NCBI GenBank assembly: GCA_965217895.1
Contig: CBDCJV010000002.1
Location: 3,520,001-3,584,000, forward strand
Source of the DNA: Waterburya sp.
Lineage (GTDB): Bacteria; Cyanobacteriota; Cyanobacteriia; Cyanobacteriales; Xenococcaceae
Direction: 5' to 3'
DNA: 64,000 bases
Positions 59,445-64,000 of the stretch are shown here, in pieces. Positions within the stretch are counted from its first letter, which is position 1, and the number at the start of each line of letters is the position of its first letter. The translations under genes were made by a program, and so were the position numbers. The notes under the pieces were generated by a model. It did no database searches and was not told the DNA's origin. It saw only the letters and a list, made by a program, of their open reading frames with translations.

Positions 59445-61847
59445 TTATTTCCAATCGCTCAAAACACCATAAATACCCCAGATAGCCATCGCTCTTAAAT
59501 AATGACTGGCTCTAAAAGTACCAACCGCCGTAATTGCTTCGGGAGTGCGAAACTGTAAACCATTTTCATATACTTGCTTAATCACAGTTTCGGTTAGTTT
59601 AAACGCCTCTTCCTTCATGTCCATTTGCAGCATAAAGGCAGCTAAACCAAAGTTAATTCCTGTCCATACTTCTAGGGGATGAGTGTCATCGGGGTTGACG
59701 GGACTACCATCAGGTAATACACCATTGGCTGCGCCATACTTACCGTTATGAAACTTGAGGAAACAAGAGTCGTAGATTTTGTTCAAGGTGGATTTGGTAT
59801 ATTGTTCTTCCACTACGTCGGGTAAACCTAATAAACGAGCGTAAAACTGTCCACAGAGTTGATCTGCCATGACTACATTTGAGCCACTTTCGGTATCGAG
59901 GCGGTAGTATTCACCATTCCAGAGAGCATCGTGATAAAGCGATCGCGCCTGATGTAGCCAGCTACGATAGGTATTAAGTGTATTCTCTATACCTGCGGGA
60001 AAATAATCAAGCCGTAGGTTAGGATTTGTCGGTGGGTTGGCAATTAGTATTTCGCCGATTTTGATAGCTGCTTCTAAGGCTGCTATCCACAAACCACCAC
60101 AGTAAGCACTAACACCCTTTAGTCTCCAGTCGTCAAAGGTTTGATCGGGCGCGCCAGAGTTTTCGGGGATGCCATCGCGATCGCGGTCAAATTTCTTTAG
60201 ATATGCCAAGGTTTGAGTAATACTGTCCCAACATTCCCAGAGGAAGTTAATATCTGCGCCATCGGTTAGGACATAATCTCGATATACCTGCAGGACAAAA
60301 TCACTGGGTAAGTCTTTCCACTGGTTGCAATCTTGATAAGAAGTATAGTTAGCTTCTTCCCAAGGATGTTCGTTGGGTGCGCCGAGGTCATGGGGAGTTG
60401 CGCCACCTTCTTTCCTAATAGCACTTGAGCCATCGTAACCTACAATGCGGGGTGTATCATCGTGGTGAGGAATAGTTCTGGCAAAAGCTTCTAAGACGGA
60501 TTTATCGAGGCGCGACCAAAGCATCATTAGACCAAATGAGCCGTATAGACGCACATCTAAGCTTTCGTACCAGCGATAGTCCATACATTCCAAGACCCCA
60601 AACTGTCCTACAGGGTCGTTTTCTGTGGCTGCCGTCCAGAGAGTCCCACCGTCTGCGAGTAAATATAGCTCATTAAACAGTGCCATTTTAAACCAGTCGG
60701 GTAAGTCATCCCGTTGCAAAATAGGTTTTTGCCAAGCTGCTATTTTCTCTTTCCATAAGTCACCGTGTTTGAGAGAAGTCCTGACCATACTCCAGGCATT
60801 TTTACCGTTGCGTCCAAAAAAGTCCGTATAGCGACGAAAATAGTTAATTCCCTGCTTAAATTCGGTTACAGGCAAGTCCCAAGCCAAAGTAAAGGGAATT
60901 TGCTTAGTTTTTCCTGGTTTAATTGTAAACCGAATGGCGATCGCACAGGCAATTTGTTCCCCAGGATCGGCGGGAGTTTCGTCTTGCTGGTCAGGTAATG
61001 AACCATCGGCTGCAAAGTAATCCCAAACTTGGGAACCATCACCATCAGGATTCCAGCGACTGAGATAAAATACTTCTAGACTAGGATTAAATACAGATGC
61101 GATCGCAATTTGTCCATCTCCTTCTTGTACCTCCTCATGTGCCTGGACTCGATTCAACAAGCAACCGACTCGATAATTATCCTCAATCCATTCGTTATAG
61201 TTACCCGTACTGTCTCGCCATTTAGGCTGATATTCATATTCTGGACTACCATCATCTCGCACCTTGACTGTTGGCGATTTTATAGCATTAGTAAACCAGC
61301 CGATAACATTCTGCCAAGTGAGCATAATACTCAGGGTTATCGGCTTATCTGTTGGATTATGCACCGTCCAGTCAAAGTTAACTATCGGATAGCTAGACTC
61401 TTGATAATTTTGCGCCCAAATTGGTGAAAACTGTTCACAGGTAAGATCCGCAGTAAATACACCTTCATATTCAAACCAACTGCGAGGATATAGCGCACCG
61501 TAAGTACCTTTTTCTTGGGGATACCAAGACCAACGAGACAAGGTATCATCTTCTGGGGCTTCCGTACACAAAGCATAAGCCTGAGTCGCTGATTCTGTCT
61601 GTTCAAAGATACTAAACTGACAGGCAGGCAGAGACTTAAAGATATGCTCTCCTCCATCTAAATGCCAAAGATTAAAATCCCCTTTAGTGGATCTCCCAAT
61701 ACAGCCTGCACCCATTCCACCCAAAGGCATTCCGTGCCAAGGACCGTCATCCAAATTACTTGCATAGCGAACAGTATAGGGTTTTGACCATCCTTTTCCT
61801 ATGGGACGTTGCCAAGCACAATGAGGAATCTGAGAGTTAGGTGTCAT
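59445..61847 (-). CDS. GH116 (GBA2-like) beta-glucosidase
   Basis: GMPLGGMGAG, ECMDY.WYESLDV, PHDLG, DQTFDDW, FRTPEA. Confidence 0.9.
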   Translation of the reverse strand: MTPNSQIPHCAWQRPIGKGWSKPYTVRYASNLDDGPWHGMPLGGMGAGCIGRSTKGDFNLWHLDGGEHIFKSLPACQFSIFEQTESATQAYALCTEAPEDDTLSRWSWYPQEKGTYGALYPRSWFEYEGVFTADLTCEQFSPIWAQNYQESSYPIVNFDWTVHNPTDKPITLSIMLTWQNVIGWFTNAIKSPTVKVRDDGSPEYEYQPKWRDSTGNYNEWIEDNYRVGCLLNRVQAHEEVQEGDGQIAIASVFNPSLEVFYLSRWNPDGDGSQVWDYFAADGSLPDQQDETPADPGEQIACAIAIRFTIKPGKTKQIPFTLAWDLPVTEFKQGINYFRRYTDFFGRNGKNAWSMVRTSLKHGDLWKEKIAAWQKPILQRDDLPDWFKMALFNELYLLADGGTLWTAATENDPVGQFGVLECMDYRWYESLDVRLYGSFGLMMLWSRLDKSVLEAFARTIPHHDDTPRIVGYDGSSAIRKEGGATPHDLGAPNEHPWEEANYTSYQDCNQWKDLPSDFVLQVYRDYVLTDGADINFLWECWDSITQTLAYLKKFDRDRDGIPENSGAPDQTFDDWRLKGVSAYCGGLWIAALEAAIKIGEILIANPPTNPNLRLDYFPAGIENTLNTYRSWLHQARSLYHDALWNGEYYRLDTESGSNVVMADQLCGQFYARLLGLPDVVEEQYTKSTLNKIYDSCFLKFHNGKYGAANGVLPDGSPVNPDDTHPLEVWTGINFGLAAFMLQMDMKEEAFKLTETVIKQVYENGLQFRTPEAITAVGTFRASHYLRAMAIWGIYGVLSDWK

Positions 61848-62071
61848 GTACTTAAATAAGTAATTAAGCAAAATTCAGGATAACAGTTAAATCCTTGATT
61901 AACCAGAATATCTTTTAATTTGATGCTCGAATTAAAAAATAGCTAAATTATTATTAATAAATTTTGCCGATTCAGCAAGATATTATTGTTACATCAACCT
62001 GGTTGTGGTGCGATTACACCCAATTGAGATAGTCTGAGGAAGACAGTTTTTTTCTATTTTTTTATAACCTG

Positions 62072-63106
62072 ATGACCGCTATAAATACTAATTCAACTAA
62101 TAAATCTCAACCTTCAAATCCTCCTGCTGACTCCAAAGAACAAGTTAGCCAGTTTATGAAACAGCTACAGGACGAAATTTGTGCTGGCTTAGAAGAAGTT
62201 GATGGCAAAGGAAAATTTAAAGAAGATAGCTGGGAGAGAGAAGAAGGCGGTGGTGGGCGATCGCGTATATTAACCGATGGAAGTATTTTAGAACAGGGCG
62301 GAGTAAATTTTTCTGAAGTATGGGGAAGCCATTTACCCCCTTCCATTCTTAAACAACGACCTGAAGCCGAAGGACATGGTTTTTATGCTACAGGAACGTC
62401 AATGGTATTGCATCCCCGCAGCCCCTATATTCCTACGGTTCACCTCAACTTCCGTTACTTTGAAGCTGGTCCAGTTTGGTGGTTTGGTGGCGGTGTCGAT
62501 TTAACCCCTTACTATCCTTTCGCCGAAGATGCGGCACACTTCCATCGTACCCTAAAAGCAAGTTGCGATCGCCATCATCCTGAATATCATCCTGTATTTA
62601 AATACTGGTGTGACGAATATTTTTATCTCAAGCATCGCCAAGAAACTAGAGGGGTAGGCGGATTATTTTTTGATTATCAAGATGGTACGGGCAAACTTTA
62701 CAAAGGGCCTCATCCTGATAAAGCAGCAGCAGCCCATAGCGATAAACTAGGAGAAATAGAACATCGCAGTTGGGATGACATTTTTAGCTTTATTCAAGAC
62801 TGCGGTAAAAGCTTCTTACCTGCTTATCTGCCAATTATCCAAAGGCGTAAAGATCTAGAATATGGTGAGCGAGAAAGAAACTTTCAGCTATACCGTCGCG
62901 GACGCTATGTAGAGTTTAATTTGGTCTACGATCGCGGTACTATTTTTGGACTGCAAACCAATGGACGTACTGAGTCAATTCTTATGTCTTTACCTCCTTT
63001 AGTTCGTTGGCAATATAATTATCAGCCCGAACCAAATAGTCCTGAAGCTGAACTATACGAAACTTTTCTTAAGCCTCAAGACTGGGTAAATTGGCAAGCT
63101 TCTTAA
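62072..63106 (+). CDS. hemF: Oxygen-dependent coproporphyrinogen III oxidase
   Basis: [28 protein letters not shown]. Confidence 0.96.
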   Translation: MTAINTNSTNKSQPSNPPADSKEQVSQFMKQLQDEICAGLEEVDGKGKFKEDSWEREEGGGGRSRILTDGSILEQGGVNFSEVWGSHLPPSILKQRPEAEGHGFYATGTSMVLHPRSPYIPTVHLNFRYFEAGPVWWFGGGVDLTPYYPFAEDAAHFHRTLKASCDRHHPEYHPVFKYWCDEYFYLKHRQETRGVGGLFFDYQDGTGKLYKGPHPDKAAAAHSDKLGEIEHRSWDDIFSFIQDCGKSFLPAYLPIIQRRKDLEYGERERNFQLYRRGRYVEFNLVYDRGTIFGLQTNGRTESILMSLPPLVRWQYNYQPEPNSPEAELYETFLKPQDWVNWQAS

Positions 63107-63112
63107 AAATTA

Positions 63113-63180
63113 AGTTTGTAGTTTGTAGTTTGTAGTTTGTAGTTTTTTACACCTACCTACTACCTACTACCTACTACCTA
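63113..63180. repeat. Heptamer tandem repeats (STRR-like)
   Basis: (AGTTTGT)x4 followed by ~4 copies of CTACCTA. Confidence 0.8.
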
Positions 63181-63198
63181 GTAAATGATAATTAAAGC

Positions 63199-63375
63199 TT
63201 ACATTAAACCAAGCCAGGCTAAAAGACCTTTTCCTGTTACGTATTCAATGATAATAATCGCTGCAAATCCAACCATGGCAGCACGAGAATTTAAACGTTC
63301 TGCATAGGAGTTGAAGCCAAATTTAGGCTCTTCTAACTCAGGTGTGACGCTAGGTGTAATATCTTCAGTTTTCAT
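63199..63375 (-). CDS. hli: High-light-inducible protein (58 aa; below the ORF-track cutoff)
   Basis: MKTEDITPSVTPELEEPKFGFNSYAERLNSRAAMVGF... Confidence 0.92.
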   Translation of the reverse strand: MKTEDITPSVTPELEEPKFGFNSYAERLNSRAAMVGFAAIIIIEYVTGKGLLAWLGLM

Positions 63376-63557
63376 TGCTTGGTTTTATTTGGTTAACAAA
63401 TCTTTACCTTTGTATTGTAGTAGTTTTTCTTTGGATGAACCATTTAACAAGGTCGGTTTTTTTAATAAATAAGCTCGTCGTTAGTAGTTGGTAGATAACA
63501 GGTAGTTGATATCCGACTACGAACGACAGACTACGAACTACAAACTCTTTGATAAAA

Positions 63558-63962
63558 CTATGATTTTTGATGATGCACTTCAATTACCGTGTGAACATTG
63601 CCTCTGGGGGTAAAGTCGCCTTTGACAGTTGCCTCAAGCGGATCGCAAGCAGCCACAAAATCGTCTAAAATTTGATTTACTACTTCCTCATGGGGAATAT
63701 AGCGATCGCGATAGCTATTGATATAAAGCTTTAAGCCTTTTAGTTCTACTACTGTTCGATCGGGTGAGTAGGTAAGATAAATCGTCGCAAAATCAGGATA
63801 GCCAGAAAAAGGACACTTACAGGTGAATTCTGGCAGAGTAATATTTATATCGTATTTACGACCAATTCTGGGGTTGGGAAAGGTAATTAATTCGCCTTCG
63901 GCGATCGCTCTTTCCCCATATTTCATTTCGTCTTCGGTGATCGATTCTGGAGAAGTTGTCAT
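63558..63962 (-). CDS. queF: PreQ1 synthase
   Basis: EFTCKCPFSGYPDFA, ELK.LKLY, HEE, PRG. Confidence 0.95.
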   Translation of the reverse strand: MTTSPESITEDEMKYGERAIAEGELITFPNPRIGRKYDINITLPEFTCKCPFSGYPDFATIYLTYSPDRTVVELKGLKLYINSYRDRYIPHEEVVNQILDDFVAACDPLEATVKGDFTPRGNVHTVIEVHHQKS

Positions 63963-64000
63963 AAAAAACTGCTAAGTAAACCTCATTTTATTTTAATACT

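Overview
Chromosomal window of a low-GC cyanobacterium. It is very rich in HIP1 GCGATCGC sites and carries phycoerythrin cpeBA, glucosylglycerol-phosphate phosphatase and hli. A Pleurocapsales-like origin is my inference only. The first ~11 kb is an accessory hotspot: a REP-associated HUH tyrosine transposase (RAYT) with 28-bp perfect-palindrome REPs (one inside its own ORF), a type IV pilin operon, five toxin-antitoxin pairs, two repeat blocks in which HIP1 sites recur every 34-36 bp, a patchwork of gene fragments and an internally deleted ISAs1 element. The remainder is mostly housekeeping (tlyA, prfB with its +1 frameshift, ribF, gatA, sbcC, pth, cpeBAZ, comF, stpA, dacB, puuE, hemF, queF). 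Notable modules there are: a TetR fused to a degenerate tyrosine-recombinase domain facing a desaturase across twin 17-bp operators; an ethylene-receptor-type diguanylate cyclase near a cellulose-synthase-like GT2; an NtcA promoter plus guanidine-I riboswitch controlling a guanidine hydrolase operon with an extra methyltransferase and a Na+/solute symporter; nested small dispersed repeats (one in-frame inside an EAL domain); and a DnaA-box-like array away from any dnaA/dnaN. I saw no CRISPR array, rRNA or tRNA. All calls come from reading the sequence; no searches were run.
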